DNA of 64,000 nucleotides from Candidatus Firestoneibacteriota bacterium (GCA_038042445.1 JBBTED010000048.1:1-64000); one strand, 5' to 3'; numbered from the stretch's first letter, positions 1 through 10,074 are shown. Numbers and translations are program-made. Notes: generated by a model from the sequence alone, not told the origin.

Positions 1-195
1 GACTTCATAATAGGGCTTTCTTAGTTGTTTATAAAAAAATCGTGAAGCTATCTTTTGTGCTTCTAAAAGATTGCACTCACTAGAATAATAAACAGCTAAA
101 GATTCAAGTATCAGTCCTACTATTTCCTTTTGTCCATATCCTAAACGTTTGAGGCTTCTTTTAAAAGAAGGTCTGTAATAAAGGTGTAAAGACAT
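1..195 (-). CDS. RelE/ParE-like toxin, 3' end runs off the window
   Basis: Manual translation from ATG at 195: MSLHLYYRPSFKRSLKRLGYGQKEIVGLILESL...FFYKQLRKPYYEV, open to the edge. The 'y.psFkrslkrL' N-terminus is RelE-like, and the ORF lies 3 nt downstream of an AbrB-type gene. Confidence 0.6.
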   Translation of the reverse strand, partial: MSLHLYYRPSFKRSLKRLGYGQKEIVGLILESLAVYYSSECNLLEAQKIASRFFYKQLRKPYYEV

Positions 196-198
196 TGA

Positions 199-456
199 TT
201 AGATTTTCCCTTTTTTTAAATTATTGATAAACCCTTTTGTTACATGTTTTTCTTTTCCCTTTTCTTTGAATGCAAGGCTTTCTAATTTCACGTATTCCTC
301 ATCTGTGAACTGTCTTTCTTTTGTCTCCAGAGGAATAAGCTCTATCCTATTTTTAGAAACCTCTACCTCAAACATAGACCCATTCCCTAAACTCAAAGCA
401 TTTGTAATCTTCTTAGGTATGGTTATTTGATTCTTTGATGTCATTGTAATAGTCAT
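199..456 (-). CDS. AbrB/MazE/SpoVT-family antitoxin
   Basis: MTSKNQITIPKKI...L.LG.G..FEVEV swapped-hairpin motif; SD GAGGTG upstream. Confidence 0.85.
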   Translation of the reverse strand: MTITMTSKNQITIPKKITNALSLGNGSMFEVEVSKNRIELIPLETKERQFTDEEYVKLESLAFKEKGKEKHVTKGFINNLKKGKI

Positions 457-477
457 CTTTATTCACCTCTGGTAACA

Positions 478-506
478 AGTATACCTTAAAGTAAGGAAAT
501 CGTCAA
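478..506 (-). promoter_or_regulatory. Sigma70 promoter of the AbrB/RelE pair with a palindromic operator in the spacer
   Basis: Minus strand TTGACG-17 bp-TATACT; the spacer contains the inverted repeat CCTTA-aag-TAAGG (484-496). Confidence 0.7.
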
Positions 507-611
507 TGACGAAAATAGAAAAGTAAGTATTATGACTATTTAGTTCATTTAGCTTCTATTGTAGCAAGATACAAACAATATTTATTGCATTTTAAAAACT
601 GTTTTAAAAGA

Positions 612-3527
612 TTAAAACAATGTTCCTTTGATCATATTCTTTGTAATCTTCACATAATTAAATATGTCTATTATATTAGCCCCATTATCTTTCATAGTAT
701 AAAATGTATTTTCGCCCAAAAGCACATATTCCCATTCAGCATTCATTCTGTCCTCTATCTTTAGTTTATTAATTCTTTCTGTCCAATCAATTGTTGCTAA
801 TTGTTTCAATTTAACGTTTTCGACAGAAATCCTATCTTGTCCTTTTGTTTCAACTATATAGATTTTATCTTTTGTTTTTACAAGAAAATCAGGAGAATAA
901 GAAGCTAACATCCCATCAGACCGCACATAATTAATCTTAGCAAAATAATGATAGTTTTCATTTACCTTCACAAATGCTTGCACATTTGTATCAGTATCGC
1001 AAAATTCCATAAATGCCTTTTCAAGTCCACCTTTATTGGATGGATAAGATTGTCTTTCGTAAATAGTTTTCTCTATTTTCAAGCAATATTGTTCCCGCAT
1101 TTTTAAAGGTGTAATTTCCGAAAAATATCTTTTTATAACTATTGCTTCAGAAATATCAATATTATTTTGTAATTCATAAATAGCTTTACTTATTTCCTTG
1201 ATTATATGTTCAACAATTCCTGTTTGAGATAACAAAAGAACACGCCAATTATTTTCGAAGAACGGATCAAAACTCTTATTAAACAATCTTGTACGAACAT
1301 ACGTATCTATTGCTCTTGCAATCTCGACCTGATTTATCTGCATAGATGGATATTCTTTGGTTTTACGAGCGCTTATTTTCACAATCATTGTAGACACAGA
1401 AGAAACAATCTTAGCGATAAATTCATTATAACTTTTAGAATTAAATATATCTGGTTTTACTTCATAATCTCCAAAACGTGTTTTAACTGTCATTTCTTCT
1501 GAAAAGAAAACGTCTCCACCTTTTGGTGCCATTTTTTTAAGCTGCTCTAATTCAAAATAATTAAAAATTGCTAAACTATTAACTCCTATTTTAGTAGGAA
1601 TTAAATTTTCCTCTTTGTCAGTAAGAATAACAGGAAAATAGATATCATAATCCTTATAATTAGTCTTAAGTCCTACTGAAATAATATCTCCTAACACACT
1701 CTGCCCATCTGTTGGCTCTGATTCAATTATTACCACCTCTTTAATTAAATCATCATAAAATTCAATAAACGCAGGGTGTTCTACAATACTTAAAATGTCC
1801 ATATAGTTTTTCGGTTCCTGTTTTTTCTGAAGAAGAGCAATTCTATTTTCTTCTTTACCCTCTTGATATTCTGGTTCACGCCACATAAGACGCAACCCTC
1901 TACCTATAACTTGTTCCAAAAGAATTGGAGCCTGACTAGACCTTAATGGTACAATCACACAAATATTATTGATATCAAAACCCTCTCTTAACATCAATAC
2001 CGAAACAATCACTTTTGGTTGAAAATGTTTATCAACATTAAAAAGTCTTTGTTTCAATTTAAGCCATTCTTCTTGTGAAATAGACCCTTTTTTGTCTGAA
2101 TCAATTTGAACTACATCTTTTTCATCCAATCCTTCATATTTTGTTAAGTATTCCACCACAAATGGTGACACTTTAGTATCTTCGCATATAACAAACATTT
2201 TAGGATATTTAGAATTTTTATCGTTTTTAGTAAGTGAAATAAAATGCTCCTCTAATTTTTTAAGTTTAGCAAGACCAGCACGCAACATTACCTTCTGCCC
2301 TAACGACAAACATATTACTTGATTTCCATCACGTTCTGCCTTAAAATCTAAAGGCAAAGAAGCAATTTCTTTTCTTCTATCAAGTGCTATAGTTTTAACT
2401 AAACCCGAATGAATCGCTGTCCTTAAATCAAAATCAACAACTATGTGTGGGAAATAATGCTTTGTCCTCTTTTGTCCACTTCCTGTAACATCATATGGAG
2501 TAGCTGAAAAATCTATCTGAATAAATTTACTACCTTTTGTAGAACTTATATAAGTAAGACTTTTTTGCCACTCTACTTCCTGAATATCTCCATACAACTT
2601 ATTTTCATGTATGTGATGTGCTTCATCATTAATAACAACCAGATTATTTAATCGTTTTAGAAATTCCAGTTCATTACCTTTAAGATATTGATTGTCTAAT
2701 GTTTCTAAAGAATGTCCAGCAGATATTCCCGGTCTTATTGGTAAAATATCATCTATGATTTTGGATGGATTTTCTATTGGAGATACTTCTATCGGTTCTT
2801 CATCATCTAAACCAGCCAACAAATGCCAATTTGCAATTGCAATTAAACCATCGCCAGTAACCTTTTTACCAATCTCTTCTTTTCTACATACACCGCTTTG
2901 CATAAAACCAAATAATTCTTCTGCAAACCATGGAGGTATAAAAAGAGATTCATATACTTTAAAATCAGAAGAACTAAAATCTCTTTTTCCTTCTTCATTT
3001 TCTTTTCCAAGATAAGCATCTAATAACCTTTCATATACAATTAAACCAGGAGCTACAAGCAAAAAATTTTTAGAATACCTTCCACTTTGTGCTATCTCGT
3101 GTTTAGCATTCAGATACTGCCAAATAAGTAACGCATGCATAACCCATGTTTTGCCTGTTCCTGTTGCCATCTTCATTGCATATTTCGGGTGTTGATATTT
3201 AGATTTTTTTAACTCCACCTTATCCATTTCAGCAAGAATTTCATCATCAACTAAGGAATACATATCAAAAACAGTTGCTGGTTTTAAAATCTCATGTACA
3301 TAAATAGTATTAATAATTGCCTGTTTCTGCCCCTTGTGAAAATTGATATTTCTGTTTTCACAAAAACCATCTTCAAACCAATATTTTAATAAATCTTTAG
3401 TGTATGGAGTAAGTTTTTCTGTGAAGCTTTCATTTTTCAAATCAAATTGACTATTAACAATATCGGTGAGTCGTTTTACAAACCGTAAAGGAATATCTCT
3501 AGTGCCAATATTAAGAGGAGTAGGCAT
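612..3527 (-). CDS. res: Type III restriction enzyme Res subunit (SF2 ATPase plus PD-(D/E)XK nuclease)
   Basis: Walker A MATGTGKT, DEAHH, SATP, LREGFD and EQVIGRGLR motifs; C-terminal YSPDF...VETKG. Confidence 0.92.
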   Translation of the reverse strand: MPTPLNIGTRDIPLRFVKRLTDIVNSQFDLKNESFTEKLTPYTKDLLKYWFEDGFCENRNINFHKGQKQAIINTIYVHEILKPATVFDMYSLVDDEILAEMDKVELKKSKYQHPKYAMKMATGTGKTWVMHALLIWQYLNAKHEIAQSGRYSKNFLLVAPGLIVYERLLDAYLGKENEEGKRDFSSSDFKVYESLFIPPWFAEELFGFMQSGVCRKEEIGKKVTGDGLIAIANWHLLAGLDDEEPIEVSPIENPSKIIDDILPIRPGISAGHSLETLDNQYLKGNELEFLKRLNNLVVINDEAHHIHENKLYGDIQEVEWQKSLTYISSTKGSKFIQIDFSATPYDVTGSGQKRTKHYFPHIVVDFDLRTAIHSGLVKTIALDRRKEIASLPLDFKAERDGNQVICLSLGQKVMLRAGLAKLKKLEEHFISLTKNDKNSKYPKMFVICEDTKVSPFVVEYLTKYEGLDEKDVVQIDSDKKGSISQEEWLKLKQRLFNVDKHFQPKVIVSVLMLREGFDINNICVIVPLRSSQAPILLEQVIGRGLRLMWREPEYQEGKEENRIALLQKKQEPKNYMDILSIVEHPAFIEFYDDLIKEVVIIESEPTDGQSVLGDIISVGLKTNYKDYDIYFPVILTDKEENLIPTKIGVNSLAIFNYFELEQLKKMAPKGGDVFFSEEMTVKTRFGDYEVKPDIFNSKSYNEFIAKIVSSVSTMIVKISARKTKEYPSMQINQVEIARAIDTYVRTRLFNKSFDPFFENNWRVLLLSQTGIVEHIIKEISKAIYELQNNIDISEAIVIKRYFSEITPLKMREQYCLKIEKTIYERQSYPSNKGGLEKAFMEFCDTDTNVQAFVKVNENYHYFAKINYVRSDGMLASYSPDFLVKTKDKIYIVETKGQDRISVENVKLKQLATIDWTERINKLKIEDRMNAEWEYVLLGENTFYTMKDNGANIIDIFNYVKITKNMIKGTLF

Positions 3528-3532
3528 AAATC

Positions 3533-4348
3533 TTAATGTCCTGCAAAAACAGGTTCTCTTTTATTAACCTGTTTAGTAATTTCTGTTATTGTTCCACTTT
3601 TAATATGATAATCTTTATTGTTTCTCTCGCAAAACTGAATTACTTGATAGCTTAAATCATTAAAAAACTCTTTATATTCTTTGTATTCAGATACTTTAGC
3701 ATTATAATTAAGTCTGCCAAATATAATTTTATCAACAAAAGATATTTCTTCAAGAATTTCCAAGAAATCTTGTGGTATTATATTTGGTGTTGGATATGGT
3801 TCTATACTAACCCATGTTTTTAACCCCTTTTTGTGTAAATAATACAAATGCTTAATTCTTTCCTTTATCATTGATGCAAATGGCTCTAACTTTTCCCTAT
3901 AGTCATCTTTTAAAGTTATTAATGTTATTCCAAATTCATTTTCTTTACTTAAATTGGCAAGGCTTATTGGTAATAGACCTTTTGTTAAAGCTGTACATCT
4001 TATATCATCAGCATTAAGCCTCTCAATAATCTTATAAGAAAGTTTTGATATTTCCTCATAACCATACATAAAAGGGTCTGTTGAAAAACAAAGATGAACA
4101 AATTTAATTCTATCTTTGTTTTTAGGTATTTCTTCTTCCAGTAATTCCAAAGCATTAGATACTATTTTAGGTTCAACCCACTCTTGATAATGTTTTACCT
4201 TGCCAAATCTTTTTGCCATCATCATTGCATAACAAGGATACAAACAACCATGAGAACAACCCTCTATATGATTAATAGTATAATCTCCATATTCAACTTC
4301 TGTTTTATAAAGCAATGACTTTCTAATTATTGTTTTCATAATAACCAC
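3533..4348 (-). CDS. Radical SAM protein (SPL/DUF5131-like three-Cys family)
   Basis: GCSHGCLYPCYA (CxxxCxxxC variant), STDPF, LTKG and WVSIEP motifs. Start is GTG 4348 or ATG 4339. Confidence 0.85.
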   Translation of the reverse strand: MVIMKTIIRKSLLYKTEVEYGDYTINHIEGCSHGCLYPCYAMMMAKRFGKVKHYQEWVEPKIVSNALELLEEEIPKNKDRIKFVHLCFSTDPFMYGYEEISKLSYKIIERLNADDIRCTALTKGLLPISLANLSKENEFGITLITLKDDYREKLEPFASMIKERIKHLYYLHKKGLKTWVSIEPYPTPNIIPQDFLEILEEISFVDKIIFGRLNYNAKVSEYKEYKEFFNDLSYQVIQFCERNNKDYHIKSGTITEITKQVNKREPVFAGH

Positions 4349-5433
4349 TATACAAAATATATAATGTCTTTTCCACTAAGTCCTATATTTGTCTTACTTG
4401 TGACTCTTTCCACTTGAATATGTTTTTTCTTTTCCATTTCTTTAAGTGCTTTCCTAATAGCACTCTCAAGATAAGGAACATCATCAATGATACAGCTTAT
4501 TAATTGATCAAACGCAATGGTTTTATTTTTAAATTCTTTCTTCAAATATTCACTAATATTTTTTTGCTCTATTTCTGGAGTATCAAACAGCGTAGGATAA
4601 ATTCTATCTTTACCCAAATATTCAACTTTACCAAAATTATACTTTGCAAAAGCAGATTTCATTACAGAACAAGCAAGAGGATGATTAGCAAGATGAAAAA
4701 GATAATAATATGTTCTTGCACTATTAGGAAATGCTATTCTATAAGGAAAAACATACTGACAGATTGTTTTTAACTTATTCCTAAATAGATTTACTATAGA
4801 TTTTTCTCTTTCATTGCCTTGAAGTTGAACTAATCCCTTCCATTCATTTCCACCAAAAAGATCATTCAGAACACCTTCAATACCTTCTATTAAAAACCTA
4901 TTTATGTTATTAAACATAAAATTAAGCACAATTTCATGAAATGGCATCTGCATTATTCTTTTAAGTGTTTTAAATTTTATTTTAAAACCAAATGGATCTA
5001 TGAAAAAAAATGAAGGATACGGCATATTAAGATTCTTATCAAGTATTTTATTTATTTGATTATCAAAATCCCCTTCTATTATAAATGGTTTGACTTTTAA
5101 CTTTTTTGAATCAAATATTTTTTTAAGGTTATCTACATTTTTCTTGTCTTGTTCAATTATTACTATTTGAACATTTCTGTCTAAACTATTAATGTTTTTT
5201 TCTATTGTTTCAGCTGCAAGTACAGGTGAACCATAAAATATTTTTTTATCTTCATCAATATAAGCTCCACTTCCACCATGGCAATCAAAATAAAAGAGAT
5301 CTTTATTTCTTGAACCAACTATTTTAATCCATTTATCAAAATATTCATTAACAACAAAATGCTTAATTTTTGTTTGCTCTTCGTAATTCCAAAAAAAATA
5401 GTCATATCCAGTTTTATAAATTTTATCCATCAT
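4348..5433 (-). CDS. tcmP: Three-Cys-motif partner protein TcmP (methyltransferase fold, probable C-terminal wHTH)
   Basis: TKIKH..V.EY...[21 protein letters not shown] and YYLFH...H...MK motifs; adjacent to the three-Cys radical SAM gene. Confidence 0.85.
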   Translation of the reverse strand: MMDKIYKTGYDYFFWNYEEQTKIKHFVVNEYFDKWIKIVGSRNKDLFYFDCHGGSGAYIDEDKKIFYGSPVLAAETIEKNINSLDRNVQIVIIEQDKKNVDNLKKIFDSKKLKVKPFIIEGDFDNQINKILDKNLNMPYPSFFFIDPFGFKIKFKTLKRIMQMPFHEIVLNFMFNNINRFLIEGIEGVLNDLFGGNEWKGLVQLQGNEREKSIVNLFRNKLKTICQYVFPYRIAFPNSARTYYYLFHLANHPLACSVMKSAFAKYNFGKVEYLGKDRIYPTLFDTPEIEQKNISEYLKKEFKNKTIAFDQLISCIIDDVPYLESAIRKALKEMEKKKHIQVERVTSKTNIGLSGKDIIYFV

Positions 5434-7412
5434 TTTACCTCTGTAATAACTACACTCTCAAAACCAAATACATCAACCGCTTTTATGCAAACTTTACGTT
5501 TATGTTTTATTTTTGGAACGTGCAGTTTTGTGCTTCTTACAACACGCATTGGATCATTATCAGATTCTACATTACCTCTATAATCTTGCCATTTACTACG
5601 AAAAACATCTCCATCATAATCAGGATCAATGCTCCAATATTCAATAAGAGCAAGTGGATCCTTAGAAATTATTTCTTGTAGTTTTTCTTTATCTTTTTCT
5701 TCAAGTGGTAAAGCATCAGGAGAAAGCAAAACATAGTTATCAAGTTCTATTGTAATCTGCTCGCTTTCATTATTTAACTCATCAACACGAATAGGTTTAA
5801 TGGTTAGATATTGAAGTGAAGAAAATCGTATTTTCCCACCTTTTATCAATTTTTGATAAGATGCTTTTGTTTTAAGCTTATCAAGTAAATCCGGGGGAAT
5901 AACAAGCACTTCAATCTGTAGGTCATTTAAATTAAATATAACCTGTCCAATATCTGTTACAAAATTCCACCCAAGCACTATAACTTTTTTCCATCCACCC
6001 ATAAAACTACCGCGAAGTTCCTGTGCACGTCTAAGTGTGTTATAGCCAGTAAGTTTAGAAGGTGAATCAACCATAACAAGTGTACGAGATTCTTTTACAT
6101 ACCCTAAATTCTTTTGAGTAGATTCTGTATCAGAAAAAGGAATAGCTCCATACAAATTCAATACTACATGAGAAAGGTCACTGACACGACGAAACTCACT
6201 CTTTTCAAATTGCTCTTTTTGGTAATCACCTATGGATTGATAAAGAAATGGTTTTGCATCTTGATCAATCAACCGTTTACGCATAATCATACAAGCAGGT
6301 TTTCCAATATCTGCCATTATCCAACGTCTTCCAAGTTTTTCAGCTACAGCACCTGTTGTGCCAGAACCAGCGAAAAAATCAGCTACGATTGAATTATCAT
6401 TAGATGATGCTTTTATTATACGTTCTAATAATTTTTCATTCTTTTCTGTACCATATCCATATTTGAATGTATACGCTTGAATATCCGACCAGTTTGAATC
6501 AGCAAATTTTTCTCGATTTGGCTCAACCCAATATTCTGGTTTTCCTGTTTGTGGATTTAATCTCAACTTATTGTTTTTTATGGCACTATCAATTTTCTCT
6601 TGATTCCACATCCAATGCCTTCCTGAAGGTGGAGACAATAATTTATCAAAAAATTTTCTTGTTTCTCCAGAACCGGGAGCATCCAAAGCATGCCAATAAC
6701 CTTCTTCTAATATTTCAACAGGAATTGGATTTAAAACTATTCTATTACCTTTCGAATAAAGATATATAACATCTGTTGCAACATTGAATCTTTTAATATT
6801 TGGATCGTTTTTTTTAACACGACCAACAATAATCTCATTTTTAAAATTTTCTTTCCCAAATATTTCATCTAAAATAATTTTTACATAATGACCAACATGC
6901 CAATCAATATGAACATAAATAGATCCTGTCTCTGAGAGTAATTCTCTCATTAAAACTAATCTTGGATATATCATTTTTAAATATGAAACAGTTCCATCTT
7001 TCCATGTATCTGAATAAGCAAACTGTTCTATTACTGTTGGTTTTTGTTCAATATCTCCATTTGGAAGAGTAATTTTAGTACGGTAATCAGCTTTAGAATC
7101 AAAAGGTGGGTCAATATAAATTAAATCAATTTTGCCTCGCATAGATGGTAAACCTTGCAATTCATCACCTGCCAATAATGCCTGCATTACTAAAAGATTG
7201 TCGCCATAAATAAGCCTATTGTACCAATTCTGTTTTATATCTTCTTTTACTTTGCCTTTAAAAAGTGTTTGTGTTTCTCTAGATGGTAAAACATACTCAT
7301 TTGTCTGTAATATTATCTTTTCTTTTTCCGAAAGCTCATTTAAAATTCTCTCCGCTTCCTTTTTACCTTCAGCTACAATTTTTGGCAATTGTTCAATCAA
7401 TGATTCAGACAT
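5430..7412 (-). CDS. mod: Type III R-M Mod subunit, beta-class N6-adenine DNA methyltransferase
   Basis: [14 protein letters not shown] (motif IV) ahead of DFFAGSGTT (motif I), intervening TRD and a long C-terminal region; same operon as res. Confidence 0.92.
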   Translation of the reverse strand: MSESLIEQLPKIVAEGKKEAERILNELSEKEKIILQTNEYVLPSRETQTLFKGKVKEDIKQNWYNRLIYGDNLLVMQALLAGDELQGLPSMRGKIDLIYIDPPFDSKADYRTKITLPNGDIEQKPTVIEQFAYSDTWKDGTVSYLKMIYPRLVLMRELLSETGSIYVHIDWHVGHYVKIILDEIFGKENFKNEIIVGRVKKNDPNIKRFNVATDVIYLYSKGNRIVLNPIPVEILEEGYWHALDAPGSGETRKFFDKLLSPPSGRHWMWNQEKIDSAIKNNKLRLNPQTGKPEYWVEPNREKFADSNWSDIQAYTFKYGYGTEKNEKLLERIIKASSNDNSIVADFFAGSGTTGAVAEKLGRRWIMADIGKPACMIMRKRLIDQDAKPFLYQSIGDYQKEQFEKSEFRRVSDLSHVVLNLYGAIPFSDTESTQKNLGYVKESRTLVMVDSPSKLTGYNTLRRAQELRGSFMGGWKKVIVLGWNFVTDIGQVIFNLNDLQIEVLVIPPDLLDKLKTKASYQKLIKGGKIRFSSLQYLTIKPIRVDELNNESEQITIELDNYVLLSPDALPLEEKDKEKLQEIISKDPLALIEYWSIDPDYDGDVFRSKWQDYRGNVESDNDPMRVVRSTKLHVPKIKHKRKVCIKAVDVFGFESVVITEVK

Positions 7413-7451
7413 ATTATTTCTCCCTTAAAACTCCAGAATTTTATTGCTTGT

Positions 7452-7480
7452 ATTATAAGTATTTTAATCCAGATTATCAA
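7452..7480 (-). promoter_or_regulatory. Putative sigma70 promoter of the mod-tcmP-rSAM-res operon
   Basis: Minus strand TTGATA-17 bp-TATAAT, about 40 nt upstream of the mod ATG (SD AAGGGAG). Confidence 0.6.
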
Positions 7481-7607
7481 ATATAATCCAACTTACTAAT
7501 CTTTATATTTTACCAACAACTAAAGAGAATCTATTAACATTTTATCATGAAGAAGAAATAATGAATCTAACAAAATTAAATATTTCAGAGATATACTCTC
7601 ACACTCA

Positions 7608-8222
7608 TTAGTGAGTTATATTACATATTTTGCACTTAGCATTATATTTCATAATCTCTTTGTCATTCTTTATGTATTTGAATCTATTTTTTCTTGATTG
7701 AAATGCATCCTCAATCCAAGTTCGCAATTCAGTACCATTTGTAGGCGAGAACTTATATCTTGCATAACAATCTTTATGTTCTTTATTCCAATTATCTACA
7801 AAACGTTCTGGCAAATGTACACTAGATAAATTAGGTAATAATATACCCAAAAGACCATTCGGTAAATTATCCGTTCCCTGTCTTAAACTCGCTTTAATTT
7901 CCCAATCAACAAAACGCCTACCATGAGTACAAGAACCAAGAAGTACTATAGTTACTGTTGAATCTTGAATGTACCTTTTTCGTATTTGCGCAATTACATA
8001 TTCTGGATTATCACTATTAATAAAATCATCTTCATCGCTGACACCTAAAGCTTTCGGAATAAATATTTTTTCTCTTTCAGTCCACCTATATAAAAATAAT
8101 TTAACTTTATCATCATCCCTGTGGCAAAAGGATATAAAAACTTTCCTTTTGGGTTCTTGTTTACGTATTGACATTTCGCGTAGAATCTTTGCAAATCCTG
8201 TTTTCCTTCTTTCTTCTTCCAT
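7608..8222 (-). CDS. TIR-domain protein (Thoeris ThsB/DUF1863-like) with a C-terminal CxxC..H tail
   Basis: KVFISFCHRDD, DSTVTIVLLG and RRFVDWEIKASL (catalytic Glu present). Start moved from 8267 to ATG 8222, which follows a GGAG SD. Confidence 0.88.
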   Translation of the reverse strand: MEEERRKTGFAKILREMSIRKQEPKRKVFISFCHRDDDKVKLFLYRWTEREKIFIPKALGVSDEDDFINSDNPEYVIAQIRKRYIQDSTVTIVLLGSCTHGRRFVDWEIKASLRQGTDNLPNGLLGILLPNLSSVHLPERFVDNWNKEHKDCYARYKFSPTNGTELRTWIEDAFQSRKNRFKYIKNDKEIMKYNAKCKICNITH

Positions 8223-8340
8223 TTTTAATCTCCACACTTTCTGCAAAGGTAATTCATACATAATCAAATATGCATCCTAAAACATATTGTGAAACCATGG
8301 ATTATAGTCATTGAAAATTATGTTAATTCTTTACATCAAA

Positions 8341-8889
8341 CTATTTCGGCAATAATTGCGGCTTTTTATTAACATCCACTAATTTATATACCTCAACAAG
8401 TTTTGTCTGTAACTTTCTAATCAATACCCTCATATTCTTCCAATCTTCTAAGAACCTCTGACAATATGGATACTTTGTTTGTCTCTTAATAGGAGGTAAT
8501 CTCTTAGCTTTTTTGCCACAATATTCCCACCAATGTCTATAATCCGACTGCCATTTCTCTAAAAAAGGTCTAAGAACATTTACCATTAAATCATTTATAA
8601 TAATCCCCAAATGGTTACTTTTACTTTTCTTAAGTTGACCAACTGGAAATTTTCTCATTATACTTCTGCATTCTCTAAAGAAATTATGGACAGAATCAAG
8701 ACTTTCAATAAATACTTCTCCTTTAAAATTTTCACACTTGTGGTCATTGCTCTTCCCAGTTACGGACAATCTAGTACTAATTTCAGTATACAATTCCCAT
8801 GCACATTGCCGATCTTCCTCTGAAATTTCTGCTTGTATTTCTAAAAAACCAAGATTCAATGTTAAATTCAATTTTTTCAGTTCTGGCAT
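8341..8889 (-). CDS. Hypothetical soluble, mostly helical protein between two TIR genes
   Basis: 182 aa ORF with SD AGGAG. Motifs AWELYTEISTR and VLRPFLEKW; no TM segment or catalytic motif that I can assign. Confidence 0.8.
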   Translation of the reverse strand: MPELKKLNLTLNLGFLEIQAEISEEDRQCAWELYTEISTRLSVTGKSNDHKCENFKGEVFIESLDSVHNFFRECRSIMRKFPVGQLKKSKSNHLGIIINDLMVNVLRPFLEKWQSDYRHWWEYCGKKAKRLPPIKRQTKYPYCQRFLEDWKNMRVLIRKLQTKLVEVYKLVDVNKKPQLLPK

Positions 8890-8900
8890 ATAATCTCCTA

Positions 8901-9365
8901 TTAATCAGGATCCTTATCTATCCATTTATCAAGCTTTTCCGGATTCCAATTCATTACTTCTGTTGATCGTTCACCTAATGCAGATGGTTTCTTAGCATTA
9001 TCACGATCTTTAAGTCGCATACCTCTTATTCGTTGCCAAGTTTTATCTCCAGATAAGTCATATTTCATATTATAAAATGTTTTAATCTCCCAATCAACCC
9101 ATTCACTATCAAAAGTAGAAGGACCAATAAGCACAACAAGTTTTGAAGCATTATCAAACTTAGAAATAATTTCCTCCCGTACTGGTTTAGACCTATCATC
9201 ATTTGGTGGATAAATAATTGGTTTACCACTTTTATCTAGAACTGGATCCTTTAACGAATGATCTCTAAAATCCAAAACATGATCTGGATTGTTATTTAAA
9301 AGCTTAAATCCATTCACCTGCGAAACATCACCATGGTCATAACTAATAAAGACATTCTTACTCAT
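8901..9365 (-). CDS. TIR-domain protein (ThsB/DUF1863-like)
   Basis: NVFISYDHGD, ASKLVVLIG and SEWVDWEI (catalytic Glu); strong SD GAGGAGGTG. Confidence 0.88.
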   Translation of the reverse strand: MSKNVFISYDHGDVSQVNGFKLLNNNPDHVLDFRDHSLKDPVLDKSGKPIIYPPNDDRSKPVREEIISKFDNASKLVVLIGPSTFDSEWVDWEIKTFYNMKYDLSGDKTWQRIRGMRLKDRDNAKKPSALGERSTEVMNWNPEKLDKWIDKDPD

Positions 9366-9382
9366 AAAATATCACCTCCTCA

Positions 9383-10012
9383 TTATAATTTTCCGATTGT
9401 TGTAACAACAATGCCTTGAATTTTAAAGTCCCTTGTTAATATTATTGGTTTATGTGTTTCATTCGTAGATCTGGGTTTTAAAACAATTGCCCCTGCCTCA
9501 CAAAAAAATTCTTTAATAGTTGCCTCATCATCAATAAGTGCAACAACCATATCCCCATTATTAGCATTAGGCTGCTGACGAACTAAAACAATATCTCCAT
9601 CATTAATTTTATTTTGATTCATAGAATCACCTTTTGCTCTAAGCAAAAAATATTTGTATGGTGGCTTAGCTATATCAGTTGACACCAATATCTCTGCACT
9701 AACATTTACTTCTGCTAAAATAGGACTACCACACGAGACCACACCAACCAAAGGAACTTTTACAGTTTGAGCACATTCCTTGTTATTAATCTCTATATCA
9801 ATATCTTTTACAAGTTGTAAAGTTGTATCTGATTTTCTTTTAATCCATCCCTTCTTAATTAAATTATCTATGTAAATAGAAATGGAACGGGGTGATTTAT
9901 ATTCAAACTCTTTCATAAGTTGACGAACAGATGGACTTTCACCTACATCTATCAAATGGTTACGTATCGCCCTTAATACTCCTGTTTCTTTCTTTGATAA
10001 TCCTATTGCCAT
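9383..10012 (-). CDS. lexA: LexA-family repressor (wHTH plus S24 peptidase)
   Basis: SPSVRQL..LIKKGWI wHTH, cleavage loop VSCG (Cys-Gly), catalytic GDSM Ser and ATIK Lys. Confidence 0.92.
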   Translation of the reverse strand: MAIGLSKKETGVLRAIRNHLIDVGESPSVRQLMKEFEYKSPRSISIYIDNLIKKGWIKRKSDTTLQLVKDIDIEINNKECAQTVKVPLVGVVSCGSPILAEVNVSAEILVSTDIAKPPYKYFLLRAKGDSMNQNKINDGDIVLVRQQPNANNGDMVVALIDDEATIKEFFCEAGAIVLKPRSTNETHKPIILTRDFKIQGIVVTTIGKL

Positions 10013-10033
10013 TTTTATTTACCCCCTCTTCAG

Positions 10034-10074
10034 TATACATACACCATTATACACAATACTATACATCTTGTCAA
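10034..10074 (-). promoter_or_regulatory. Consensus sigma70 promoter of the lexA-TIR operon overlapped by TGTATA repeats
   Basis: Minus strand TTGACA (10069-10074), 17 bp, TATAAT (10046-10051). TGTATA copies at 10034-39, 10048-53 and 10060-65. Confidence 0.8.

Noticed and set aside
7608..9365. Calling the TIR genes a canonical Thoeris system
   Set aside because: No SIR2-SLOG, Macro-TM or caspase ThsA is recognisable in the window.
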